This document shows, piece by piece, positions 22,952 through 32,760 of a DNA stretch of 64,000 nucleotides. Under the pieces are notes generated by a model, which saw only the letters and a program-made list of their open reading frames with translations, was not told the origin of the DNA and did no database searches. Every line of letters begins with the position of its first letter. Positions within the stretch are counted from its first letter, which is position 1. The DNA comes from an uncultured Thermoleophilia bacterium (lineage in GTDB: Bacteria > Actinomycetota > Thermoleophilia > UBA2241): positions 106,749 to 170,748 of the forward strand of contig CAVQSP010000009.1 in NCBI GenBank assembly GCA_963715985.1, in the 5' to 3' direction. Position numbers and translations under genes: made by a program.

Positions 22952-23913
22952 TCCGCGACCCTGGGGTCGAGCACGGCGTGCAGCACGTCGCCGAGGAAGT
23001 TGAAGCCCACCACCGAGACGGTGATGACGAGGAAGATGCCCTGCAGCATGGGGTAGTCGCGGGCGCCGACCGCCTGCACGGTGGCGAGCCCGACGCCGGG
23101 CCAGCTGAAGACGGCCTCGACGAGGAGGACGCCGCCGATCAGCCAGCCGAGGGTGAGCGTGGAGAGCGTGACGAGCGGCAGCATCGCCGAGCGGAAGGCC
23201 TCGCGCCAGACGATGCGCCGGTTCGCGTAGCCCTTGGCACGCGCCGTGAGCACATGGTCCTCACCGAGCGCCTCCAGTTGGGATGAACGCACGACGAGGG
23301 CGAACGACCCGAACAACATCAGCGCCACGCAGGTGGCCGGGAGGAGCATGTGCTGGAGGCGGTCGGCGAGCGTGGTGACGAAGCCGGCATCGAACAGGTA
23401 GGGGTCGCTCATGCCGCTGGTCGGCAGCCAGTGAGCCAGCCAGACGAGGAGGAGGAGGCCCAGCCACTGTACCGGCAGGGCGTAGATGATCATGGCGGCG
23501 CCGGTGATGACGCGGTCGCGGGCGCCGCCCTGCCGGTAGGCGGCGGAGACCCCGATCCAGGTGCCGACGAGGATGGCGACCACCGTCCCCAGGAGGACCA
23601 TGGGCACGGTGTTGCGGACCGACCGCCAGACCTCGTGGAGCACCGGCTGCTGCGTCTGGAAGCTGACGCCGAGGTTGCCGCGCGCGAGCTGCTTCAGGTA
23701 GAGCGCGTACTGCGTCGTCAGCGGCTTGTCGATGCCGAACTGCGCGCGCAGGGCTGCCTGTGCCTCCTTGGTGAAGTTGGGCACGCGGCTGAGGTTCGCG
23801 GTGGCGTCCCCGGGGAGCGCGCGGAACAGCACGAAGCTGAAGCTCACCGCGATGAAGGCGATGACGAGCGCGCTCCCGGCGCGCCGCAGGATGAAGCGCT
23901 GGCGCTTGCTCAT
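22948..23913 (-). CDS. Peptide ABC permease (OppB/DppB)
   Basis: LPGD, GNLGVSF, TARAKG, EAVFSWPGVG, RDYP. Confidence 0.92.
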   Translation of the reverse strand: MSKRQRFILRRAGSALVIAFIAVSFSFVLFRALPGDATANLSRVPNFTKEAQAALRAQFGIDKPLTTQYALYLKQLARGNLGVSFQTQQPVLHEVWRSVRNTVPMVLLGTVVAILVGTWIGVSAAYRQGGARDRVITGAAMIIYALPVQWLGLLLLVWLAHWLPTSGMSDPYLFDAGFVTTLADRLQHMLLPATCVALMLFGSFALVVRSSQLEALGEDHVLTARAKGYANRRIVWREAFRSAMLPLVTLSTLTLGWLIGGVLLVEAVFSWPGVGLATVQAVGARDYPMLQGIFLVITVSVVGFNFLGDVLHAVLDPRVAE

Positions 23914-23922
23914 GGTCTCAGA

Positions 23923-23957
23923 TCGAGGCGCGGGCGGCTGCGCCGCCCGCGCCTCGA
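23923..23957. terminator. Perfect 16-bp stem-loop between the SBP and permease genes (mRNA stabiliser/attenuator)
   Basis: TCGAGGCGCGGGCGGC-TGC-GCCGCCCGCGCCTCGA; this position after a binding-protein gene is typical. Confidence 0.75.
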
Positions 23958-23976
23958 GATCCGTCCGCTCAGCCCG

Positions 23977-25682
23977 TCACTGCACTGCCAGGGAGTTGAA
24001 CTGCGTCTTGTTCAGGTAGTGGTAGTAGCCGAACGGCGAGTCGCCCTGCGGCACGCCCTGCCACTTCTTGTTCCAGGCCGTGACCACCTGCGTGTAGACG
24101 AGCGAGTGGTTGACCACCTGGTCCAGCATCATCGTCGACATCTGCTCGATGAGCGCCTTGCGCTTGTCCGCGTTCATCTCGCTGGTCTGCTGGGTCCAGA
24201 GCTTGTCGTACTCCGGGTTCGAGTAGCCCGTCGGGTTGTAGACGCCGAGCATCTGGCTGGTCGAGATCATCAGCGACCAGTCGGGATCGGGCGTGAGCCC
24301 CCACTGCGTCAGCAGCATGTCGTAGTCGGTGTAGGGCTTGGCGCCGGCGAACGCCACCGCGAGTGAGTTGTCGACCGCCTTCTTCTCCAGGCCGATGCCG
24401 ATCTCCGCGAAGTTCTGCTTGAGGAGGTCCGCCGTGCGGCCGTCGGTCGCGATGCTCTGCGTGCCGATCAGCAGCGTGTACTGCATCTTCACGCCGTCGG
24501 CGACGCGGATGCCGTCGCCGCCCTTGGCGTAACCCAGATCGTCCAGCAGCTGGTTGGCCTTGGCCACGTCGCGCTGCGTCACCGGCACCGGCGCCGAGAG
24601 GAACTGTGGCACGTACTGGTTGAGCAGCCACGACCCGCCGGGGTCGGCGATAGCCGCCGTACACGGAGTCGATGACGGCGGTACGGTCGATGGCGAGGTC
24701 GAGCGCCTGCCGCACCTCTACCTTGTTGAGCTCGGGGTGCTTGGTGTTGTTCTTGGAGTAGTTCACCGCGATGGACAAGGGGATGCCTCCGCCGAAGCCC
24801 TCGATCTGGAGGTTCGCGTCGCTCTTGATCGTGGGCGCCGACGCCGGCGGCAGGAAGTCGACGCAGTCGACCTGGTCGGTCTTGAGCGCCTGCACGGCGG
24901 CGTCGCCGTTGGTGAACACCTGGTAGCCGTACCCCGTGATCAGCGGCTTCGGGCCGTAGAAGGTGTCGACGCGCTTGAAGATCGTCGTGCCCTTGAGGTC
25001 GAGCTTCTGGATCTCGAACGGGCCGGAGCAGACCACGGGCCCGTCGGCCGGGTCCATGCTCACCGTCTTGAGCTTGGCGCCGTCGCCCTTCGCGTACTGG
25101 GACCAGACGTGCTCGGGCAGGATCGGCAGCTGGAAGAGGTTGGCGATCAGGGCCGCCGAGGGCTGGGCGAGCGTCACGTCGAGCGTCGTGTCGTCGACGG
25201 CCGTCGCGCTCTTGATGCCGGGGACGAACGGGCTCAGCACGGCGGCCGCCCCGCCTGCGAACTTCACCACCGTGTTGATGGTGAAGGCCGCGTCCTTGGC
25301 CGTGATCGGCTGGCCGTCGGTCCAGACCGCGCCGGAGCGCAGCTTGAAGGTCCAGGTGAGGCCGTCCGCGCTCGCCGTCCACGACTCGGCGAAGTCGGGC
25401 TGCGCCTGCGAGATCACTCGAGTACTGGACGAGGTTGGGGTACATCAGCATCCAGGCCGCATAGTCCATGGCGTACATGCCGACGAAAGGATTGAGCGAG
25501 TCGTAGCCGTAGCCGGCGGTGCCGAGCCTGTAGATCGGCTGGTCGCCGCTGGGGCTGGCCGAGCTGCTGCTACCACCGCCTCCCCCGGAGCTGCTGCCGC
25601 ACCCGGCCAGCAAGATGATGGCGAAGCCGGCAAGCGCCGCGATGAACGCTCCCCGCCGTGCGAACTCTCGAGTCCGGTCCAT
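23977..25682 (-). CDS. Family 5 peptide ABC substrate-binding lipoprotein (frameshifts ~25410 and ~24650)
   Basis: LLAGC lipobox, DSLNPF, AESWTASADGLTWTFKLR, VRQALDLAIDR, YSNPEYDKL. Confidence 0.88.
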
Positions 25683-25727
25683 AGTCCGATCCTCCCCCTC
25701 GTGTCACCACTTCGCGACTGGTGCTCA

Positions 25728-25787
25728 ATTACGTATTGTAATTACGTAGAGTGTGATATTTTTGCGCCATGACCGAGCCAATGTCAA
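25728..25787. promoter_or_regulatory. Divergent promoter/operator between the ABC operon and the TetR-like gene
   Basis: AT-rich ATTACGTA-TTGTA-ATTACGTA (direct repeat, with palindromic TACGTA cores); minus-strand TTGACA at 25782-25787. Confidence 0.75.
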
Positions 25788-26542
25788 CAGAGCGAGCCGG
25801 GCGGCGCAGACGCACCCGCGGTGAGACCCGAGAACTCCTTCTGGCGGCGGCGACGCGCCTGGTGAGCAGCAGGATCGCCGGCAACGGCGCGCCGTCGGTC
25901 AATCCCCTCGCCGACGTCCTGCTCACGGACGTGCTCGACGAGGCGAACCGGGTCTTGCGCGCCGCCGACCCTGGGGCGCGCAAGATGACGACCGGGGCGG
26001 CCTACAACATCTGGCCCAACCAGACGGATTTTCAGCTGGACCTGCTCGCGCGGGTGCTGGACGCGGCGGCGACCCCGGGGCTGGAACGGGTGAGGGCGGC
26101 GACGCTGAACGGCCTTGCCCGCTCGGTGCCGTGGCAGACGGTGCTCGCCGACACCATGGAAGTCGACTTCCTGGAGTCGTACGCAGAGCCATCAATGTTC
26201 CTCATGATCGGGGTCGCCGCGCTGGCCGCACCGGCCGACGTCGCGGCCGGCGAGCAGGAGGCGAACGAGCGCTACGTGGCGGAGACCGGCGAGCTTCTCG
26301 CGGCCATCGTCCGCTACGCCGGCCGGCGGCTGCGCCCCGACCGCACCATGGAGGACCTGGTCTGGGCGATCGAGGCCCTGGAGACCGGCTACCTCCTGCG
26401 CATGCGCGTCGCTGACGACGTCCCGCTGCGCCGCGACGCCGCGGGGGCCAGCGCCCTGGCGACGGCGGCCACCGGCATCGTCGAGGCGTTCACGGAGCCG
26501 CTGGAGGCGTCTCCGGCCGCGGAGGCGAGCGCGCGGGACTGA
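25769..26542 (+). CDS. TetR-like transcriptional regulator
   Basis: ETRELLLAAA...MTTGAAYNIW HTH-like segment; divergent from the ABC operon. Confidence 0.75.
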   Translation: MTEPMSTERAGRRRRTRGETRELLLAAATRLVSSRIAGNGAPSVNPLADVLLTDVLDEANRVLRAADPGARKMTTGAAYNIWPNQTDFQLDLLARVLDAAATPGLERVRAATLNGLARSVPWQTVLADTMEVDFLESYAEPSMFLMIGVAALAAPADVAAGEQEANERYVAETGELLAAIVRYAGRRLRPDRTMEDLVWAIEALETGYLLRMRVADDVPLRRDAAGASALATAATGIVEAFTEPLEASPAAEASARD

Positions 26543-26601
26543 GTCCGACCACTGCGTGACGCTCGAGAAGGCAGAAGCCCGGCTGCAGGTCCCGCCCGGC
26601 G

Positions 26602-27747
26602 TCAGCCGTCCGTTCTGTCTCCCGTGAGCCAGGGCCGCGCGGCGAGCAGGCGCGCGATCGCGGCCTCGTCGTACTCGACCCCGAGGCCGGGACCGTCCGG
26701 CACACGCATCATGAGCACGCCCTCCTCGCGGCGCTGGACGAAGCCAGCGGCGATGCTGTCGATGTAGCCCATCGCCGCCTGGTCCGCCGTGTCGCTGTAG
26801 CGGGCGTTGGCAAGCGCGCCGTGCAGGGCGATCATCGCCGCGCAGGCGCCGGCCACCTCGCCCATCGCGCCCACGTGCAGCGTCATGCCGGCGGCCTCGG
26901 CCACGGCGTTGACCTTGAGCGCGTTGAGGATGCCGCCGCACTTCATGAGCTTCACGTTGATGACGTCGCAAGCGCCGGCGCGCGCGGCCGCGAGCGCCTC
27001 GCGCGGGCCCCGCACGCTCTCGTCGAGCGCGATGGGCACGTCCACGCGCTCGCGTACGAAGCGGCAGGCCTCGAGGTCGTCCATCCGCACAGGCTCCTCG
27101 ACGAACTCGACGTCGTACGGTTCGAGCAGCCGGATGGCCGCGATCGCCCGGCGCGCCGTGCGCCAGCCGGTGTTGGCGTCGCACTTGATCTGCGCGCCGG
27201 ACCCGACCGCCTCGCGCACGGCGGCGACGCGCTCCGCGTCACTGCACGGGTCGTCGCCGACCTTGACCTTGAAGACGGTCACGCCCTCGGCGGCGCGGGC
27301 CCGTGCCGCGGCCGCCAGCTCCTCCGGCGGGGCGTAGCCGAACGCGTGGATGAGCGGGACCGAGCCGCCGCGCACGCCGCCGACGAGCTCGACGAGCGGC
27401 CGCCCGAGCGCCTTGCCCTGCAGGTCCCACAGGGCGAGCTCGAGGCCCGCTTTGGCGGCCTGGTTGCCGACGACCTGCTCGAAGCCGGCCGTGATGCGTT
27501 CCAGGTCGAACGGGTCACGGCCCACGACCATGGGCGCCAGGTGCTCGCAGATCACGTCCTCCACCGTCCACAGCGTCTCGCCGGTGAACTCGTAGGCCGG
27601 CATGGCCTCGCCGTAGCCCACAAGGCCATCGTCTGTCTCCACGCGCACGATGTCGACCGGGTTGGCGGCCATCGCGGAGGTGGCGATGACGTAGGGATGC
27701 GCCATGCGCATCCACAGAGGAGTGACCGAGACTGCGGTGACGCGCAT
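26602..27747 (-). CDS. Enolase-superfamily racemase/epimerase (MLE/dipeptide epimerase subgroup)
   Basis: KVKVG, DAN, EEP, DES, NVKLMKCGG. Confidence 0.88.
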   Translation of the reverse strand: MRVTAVSVTPLWMRMAHPYVIATSAMAANPVDIVRVETDDGLVGYGEAMPAYEFTGETLWTVEDVICEHLAPMVVGRDPFDLERITAGFEQVVGNQAAKAGLELALWDLQGKALGRPLVELVGGVRGGSVPLIHAFGYAPPEELAAAARARAAEGVTVFKVKVGDDPCSDAERVAAVREAVGSGAQIKCDANTGWRTARRAIAAIRLLEPYDVEFVEEPVRMDDLEACRFVRERVDVPIALDESVRGPREALAAARAGACDVINVKLMKCGGILNALKVNAVAEAAGMTLHVGAMGEVAGACAAMIALHGALANARYSDTADQAAMGYIDSIAAGFVQRREEGVLMMRVPDGPGLGVEYDEAAIARLLAARPWLTGDRTDG

Positions 27748-27756
27748 GGTCCCTCC

Positions 27757-29166
27757 TCAGCGGCGCCGCGGCCGGGGGCCGCTCGGCATCGAGAAGTCGA
27801 GCCCGCGCCGCAGCAGCCGCGACACAGGGTCCGGCCGGCGCCCCTCGTCCTCCGCGATCTCACAGCGCTCGACGGCGCTGCGCACGGCGCGCGCTCCGAC
27901 GGAGCGGAAGGGCTCCGGAGGCAGATAGGTCGGCGGCTCCGAGACGAGCGGGGACAGCGCGTAGTCGTCGCGCAGACCCAGCGCGACCGAAGCCAGCGTG
28001 CGGCCGATCAGGTTGGACGGCGCGACACCGTTGCCCGAGTAGCCGACGCCGTAGTGGACGTTCGCGTGCGGACCGACCGTGCCCACCCAGGGCAGGCCGT
28101 GCTGGGTACGGTCCACCGGGCCGCCCCAGCGCCACTCCACGGGCAGGTCGCGGGTCGCCGGAAGCAAAGCGTGCATGTCGGCGACGATCTCGCCGATCTC
28201 ACGCGGATCGTGGAAGTGCGCGGGGATGACGCGGCCGCCGTACCCGAGGCGGCCGCCGCCGCGCCCGAACGCCAGGCGGTCGTCGCCGGTCCGCTGGGCG
28301 TAGTGGACGGCGGTGCGGTTGTCGGAGAACGGGCGGCCCCTGACCCAGCCGAGCCGGTCGAGGTGCTCGCGCGATGCGGCCGTGGCCACCATGTGCGACG
28401 GGATGATGAAGATCGTGCGGCGCAGCTCGGGGACCAGTGCCAGCCACGATCCCGCGGCGAGCACGACCTTGTCGGCCACCACGGCGCCCGACGGCGTCTC
28501 GACCACCGCCGGCAACGTGCGCTCCAGCTCCAGCATCGGCGTCGCCTCGTAGACGCGCACGCCGGCTTCGATCGCGAGGCGGCGGAGGCCCTGGACGAGC
28601 AGCGCCGGCTGGACGCTGCCGGCATGCAGGATCAGCTCTCCCGCCTCGGCCAGAGGCGAGCCGCACAGGGCGCGCGCTTCGTCCCCGTCGAGGACCCGCA
28701 GCAGGTCGTCGCGCCCCAGGTCGCGAGCCGCCGCGGCGGTCGCCTGCAGGGACTCCGCCTGGGCCGGCGACGCCGCCACGACGAGGCCCCCTTCCATGCC
28801 GAAGTCGCAGTCGATGTCGCCGTCCCGCACGGTGTCGCGGATGTCTGAGACGCTGCGCCGCGAAGCTTCGAGCAGCCACGCGGCGGCCCCTGCGCCGAAG
28901 CGGGCGACCAGCTTGGGTAGCGACTTGTCCCAGCCGTTCACCCAGCCGCCGTTGCGCCCGCTGGCGCCGGCGCCGCAGTACTCGCGCTCGACGAGCACAA
29001 TGTCCGTGTCCGGCTCGAGACGCTTGATGGAGAGCGCGGCCCACAGACCGGTGAAGCCCCCGCCGACGATGCAGGCGTCAGCGCGTTCGGTGGTGGTGAG
29101 CGGCACGAGGTCGCGCGGCTGCCAGCGCGGATCGCCGCCCTGCCAGAGGACGCCTGCGCGGGTCAT
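27757..29166 (-). CDS. FAD-dependent amine oxidoreductase (DAO/PuuB-like)
   Basis: IVGGGFTGLWAA, GASGRNGG, VQPALLVQGL, GYSGNGV. Confidence 0.88.
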   Translation of the reverse strand: MTRAGVLWQGGDPRWQPRDLVPLTTTERADACIVGGGFTGLWAALSIKRLEPDTDIVLVEREYCGAGASGRNGGWVNGWDKSLPKLVARFGAGAAAWLLEASRRSVSDIRDTVRDGDIDCDFGMEGGLVVAASPAQAESLQATAAAARDLGRDDLLRVLDGDEARALCGSPLAEAGELILHAGSVQPALLVQGLRRLAIEAGVRVYEATPMLELERTLPAVVETPSGAVVADKVVLAAGSWLALVPELRRTIFIIPSHMVATAASREHLDRLGWVRGRPFSDNRTAVHYAQRTGDDRLAFGRGGGRLGYGGRVIPAHFHDPREIGEIVADMHALLPATRDLPVEWRWGGPVDRTQHGLPWVGTVGPHANVHYGVGYSGNGVAPSNLIGRTLASVALGLRDDYALSPLVSEPPTYLPPEPFRSVGARAVRSAVERCEIAEDEGRRPDPVSRLLRRGLDFSMPSGPRPRRR

Positions 29167-30476
29167 GACGCCACCCCGCACCAGCGCATCGCCATCACTG
29201 CCACCGCCGCCGTGAAGTCCAGCAGGCTCTGCACGCTCACGTGCTCGTTGACGGCGTGAGCCGAGTCGATGCCGTCCGGACCGAAGCTGAAGGTGGGCGT
29301 ACCGTTCGCGGTGAACGTGGCGGCGTCGTGCCAGCTGTCCAAGCCGGCGGGCCGGCCGGCACGGCCCACGAGCGCCGCGCACTCGAGCGCCGTGACGACC
29401 AGCGGGTGGTCGGCCGGCATCTCGGCCGGCACCACATCGTCGGCCCAGCGGAAGCGCAAGGGGTGCTCCGCGAACCACGGGTCCGCGGCCACGGCGGCGT
29501 TGAGGCGGTCGACGACTTCGGCCTCGACCGCCTTGCCCGTACCCTCCGCGTCCACGTGCGCGGGCAGGTAGGTGATGTCGCAGGTCACGTCGCAGCTGGC
29601 CGGGATGGTGACCATCCAGGTCCCGCCCTGGACGATGGTCGGCACGATGTCGCCGGGGGAGAGCAGCGGGTGCCGTTGGTCGGGGCGCTGCCTCCACTCC
29701 TCGCGCAGCGCCTTGATGCCCTCCAACAGCGGCATCAGCTTCTCGACGGCGTTGACGGCGCCGCCGTCGCGCCAGTCCGGCTGCGGCATCTCGGCGTGCC
29801 CGGCGCGGCCCTCCACGGTGATCGTCGGCGTCACGGTGCCGCGACAGCTCACCCAGGCGTCGAAGCCGGTGGGCTCGGCGGCGATCCCCGCATCGGCCCG
29901 CACGCCGTGCTCGACCGCGGCCCGGCCGCCGGCGCCGGACGACTCCTCGTCGGTCACCGTGCACAGCACCACGTCGCCGGCCGGCCGCACGCCGAGCCGG
30001 TACAGCGTCTCCAGCGCCACCACCAGGCAGGCGACGCCGCCCTTCATGTCGCTGGCGCCGCGCCCGTAGAGCAGCCCCTCGCGCTCCTCCAGCCGGAAGG
30101 GGTCGCTGAGCCACTGCTCGCGCGGAGCCACGTCCACGGCGTCGATGTGGCCGTTGAGCAGCAGGCTGCGGCCGCCGCCGGCGCCGGGTATCGTGGCGGC
30201 CAGCTGGGGCCGGCCGGCGAAGTCGAGGCCGGCCGGCACGAAGCGGCTGCCGGCGCCGGTCGGCGCCGGCTCCCACAGGTCGATGCGCGCCCCGAGCGCG
30301 GCGAGGCGCGCCGCCAGGATCCGCTGCAGCTTGTCCTCGTCGCGCGCGGGGTCGCCGGGCAGGCGCGCGGTGGTGTCGCACGCCACGAGCTCGGCGAGCA
30401 GCGCGACGATCTCGTCGGGGGCGCCTCGCACAGCGCCGACGACGCTCTCCTCGACGGTGAAGCGCGGTCCACTCAC
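29163..30476 (-). CDS. M20 ArgE/DapE-family deacylase
   Basis: LLNGHIDAV, YGRGASDMKGG, DEE, AEPT, AHAVNE. Confidence 0.9.
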   Translation of the reverse strand: MSGPRFTVEESVVGAVRGAPDEIVALLAELVACDTTARLPGDPARDEDKLQRILAARLAALGARIDLWEPAPTGAGSRFVPAGLDFAGRPQLAATIPGAGGGRSLLLNGHIDAVDVAPREQWLSDPFRLEEREGLLYGRGASDMKGGVACLVVALETLYRLGVRPAGDVVLCTVTDEESSGAGGRAAVEHGVRADAGIAAEPTGFDAWVSCRGTVTPTITVEGRAGHAEMPQPDWRDGGAVNAVEKLMPLLEGIKALREEWRQRPDQRHPLLSPGDIVPTIVQGGTWMVTIPASCDVTCDITYLPAHVDAEGTGKAVEAEVVDRLNAAVAADPWFAEHPLRFRWADDVVPAEMPADHPLVVTALECAALVGRAGRPAGLDSWHDAATFTANGTPTFSFGPDGIDSAHAVNEHVSVQSLLDFTAAVAVMAMRWCGVAS

Positions 30477-30564
30477 CAGGCATCCTCCCAGACGACGGCG
30501 ACAACACGGCCTGGCCATTGTACGCTCGTGCCGCACCGCTTCTACGCTCACATGGAGGGCCCCC

Positions 30565-30963
30565 ATGACGCCAGGACGCTCGACCAAGATCCGCGTGATC
30601 AAGCCGCAGGACGTCGTCTGGGAGGAGGCCCTGCGCTCGTCCCAGGAGGTGGAGGAGCCCGGCAAGGAGTTCACGGCCGCGCAGTCGGTGGACCAGAAGT
30701 TCAGCTTCGGCCTTTGGCAGCGCGACGAGCAGAGCCGCCACTTCGAGCGCCCTTACCATGAGATCGCCTACATCATCGAGGGCCGGGTGGAGGTCACCGA
30801 CGACGACGGCGAGGTCCTCATCGCCGGCCCCGGCGACATCCTCGTCACTCCACAGGGGAGCAAGGGCTACTGGAAGAACCTCAGCCCGGTGAAGAAGGTG
30901 TGGGGCATCTACGAAGAGGTAGGGGCCGACCTGGACCCGTATATCGGCCCGGGCGCGTTCTGA
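30565..30963 (+). CDS. Cupin domain protein (DUF861/EutQ-like)
   Basis: GLW...YHEIAYIIEGRVEVTDDDG...GPGDILVTPQG; GGAGG RBS. Confidence 0.85.
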   Translation: MTPGRSTKIRVIKPQDVVWEEALRSSQEVEEPGKEFTAAQSVDQKFSFGLWQRDEQSRHFERPYHEIAYIIEGRVEVTDDDGEVLIAGPGDILVTPQGSKGYWKNLSPVKKVWGIYEEVGADLDPYIGPGAF

Positions 30964-31264
30964 GACGCGATGCGGGCTGGACGTTCTGATCCAGCTCGTC
31001 CTCGTCCATCTCGAACACGGTCTCGTACTCGAACAGGCCCCTCCCGAGCTCGATCTCCGCGCCGTAGCGGGCACGCATCGCCTCAGCGTACGCGGTGTTG
31101 AAGCCCGTGTCGCGGAAGTCGGTGTCGAGGGAGAAGACGGACCCGTCGATGCTCTCGACCGTGCTCTGCAGCAACGCCTGCTGGCGGCGCACCGCCTCCG
31201 CAGTGCGGACGAGGTCGCTACCGAGCTCCTCATCCGCGAGCCGAGCCCGGCCGGCAGCGGTCAT
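30881..31264 (-). other. Short PAS-domain-like fragment, possibly a truncated sensor gene
   Basis: QQALLQSTVESIDGSVFSLDTDFR..FNTAYAEAM resembles a PAS N-terminus; the tail overlaps the cupin gene. Confidence 0.45.
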
Positions 31265-31467
31265 GGGGCGCCGGTCGGAGTCGCCCAGGACCATGGCGGG
31301 CCCGAAGCCATTGCACTCCCTGCTGCACAACGCCGCGTCCTTAGTCCGGACGGCGTTGCGGCCTCCGGCCGCAGCCCCCCCCGCAACGACTGTCGTGCCT
31401 GCGCCCGTGGGCGTCAAGAAGCGGGCCGTCGAGCCGGGGCGTGGTCCCGCAGTGGTAGCATCGGACG

Positions 31468-32682
31468 ATGGCGCCCGTCGACCTCCTCCCTTCGCGCCGC
31501 CGCCTCCGGCAGCTCGACCCCCAGGTGCGCGATCTCGGGTGGGTGAGCCTGTTCGCCGACCTCAGCTCCGAGATCGTCTATCCGCTCTTCCCGATCTTCG
31601 TCACCACGGTGCTGGGCGCTCCGGTGGCCCTGCTGGGGCTCATCGAAGGCATCGCTGAGGCTACGGCCAGCATCACCAAGTACCCGTTCGGCCAAGCCGC
31701 AGACTTCACAGGTCGCCACCGCCCGTTCGTGCTCGGCGGATACGGGCTCGCGGCGGCCGGCAAGCTGATCCTCGCCCTCTCCTTCGTCTGGCCGGTGGCG
31801 CTCACCGGCCGGTTCGTGGACCGCTTCGGCAAGGGCATGCGGACCGCCTCGCGCGACGACCTCATCGCCGTTCGCACCAAGCCCGGCCAGCAGGGCCTCG
31901 CCTTCGGCCTGCACCGGAGCATGGACACGCTGGGCGCCGTCCTGGGGCCGCTGGTGGCACTGGCGCTGGTGGAGGCGCACGTGCCGATGCGCTGGATCTT
32001 CGCCATCGCCGTGATCCCCGCCCTGCTGAGCGTCCTGGTCATTCTGTGGCTGGTGAAGGAGCACCGCGCCGAGCCGCGCCGCCAGGCGTTCCGGCTGTCG
32101 CTGCCCGCCTCCCCAGCCTTCCGCTGGCTGCTGGCCGGCTCGCTCCTGTTCGCAGCCGGCAACTCCAGCGACATGTTCATCCTGCTCAAGGCCAAGGATG
32201 TGGGCATGACGACGGCCGCCGTCATCCTGTTGTACGTGCTCTACAACGTGACGTACTCGGCCGCGTCGCTGCCTCTTGGAGGCCTCAGCGACCGCATAGG
32301 GCAGTACCCGGTGGTGCTCACGGGGTACGCGCTCTTCGCCGCCGTCTACCTGGGGTTCGCGGCGGCGGGCTCCGGCTGGACCCTGGCGGCGCTCTTCGCC
32401 GTGTACGGCCTCTACATCGCCGCCACCGAGGGCACCAGCAAGGCCCTGGTCGGGCGCGCCATCCCGGAGGGCCGGCGCGCCTCCGCTCTGGGTCTCTACT
32501 ACACGGCCACGGGCCTGGCGGGCTTCGCCGCAAGCACCGTCGGGGGCGTGTTGTGGAGCGCCGTGGGCCCGTGGGCGACGTTCGCGTACGGGGCGGCGGC
32601 GGCCGTGGCCGCCGCCGCCCTCATGCTGCTCGGACGCGGGCGTGTGCGCAGGGCGATCGCAGTGCCCGACCAGGACTCCTAG
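31468..32682 (+). CDS. MFS transporter
   Basis: About 12 TM segments; SLFADLSSEIVYP, DRFGKGMRT, GGLSDRIG. Confidence 0.9.
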   Translation: MAPVDLLPSRRRLRQLDPQVRDLGWVSLFADLSSEIVYPLFPIFVTTVLGAPVALLGLIEGIAEATASITKYPFGQAADFTGRHRPFVLGGYGLAAAGKLILALSFVWPVALTGRFVDRFGKGMRTASRDDLIAVRTKPGQQGLAFGLHRSMDTLGAVLGPLVALALVEAHVPMRWIFAIAVIPALLSVLVILWLVKEHRAEPRRQAFRLSLPASPAFRWLLAGSLLFAAGNSSDMFILLKAKDVGMTTAAVILLYVLYNVTYSAASLPLGGLSDRIGQYPVVLTGYALFAAVYLGFAAAGSGWTLAALFAVYGLYIAATEGTSKALVGRAIPEGRRASALGLYYTATGLAGFAASTVGGVLWSAVGPWATFAYGAAAAVAAAALMLLGRGRVRRAIAVPDQDS

Positions 32683-32760
32683 CGGGGCCTTCTGTCGGCC
32701 CGGCGTTGAAGCGGGTACGATGTCGACAGGAGTCCGGTCTCTTTCACACCCGGAGGAAGT

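Noticed and set aside
27757-31233. Apparent giant fusion ORFs (1158 aa here; also 5260-8196 and 52156-54336)
   Set aside because: These are stop-free upstream extensions in other frames; the real genes have separate starts and RBSs.
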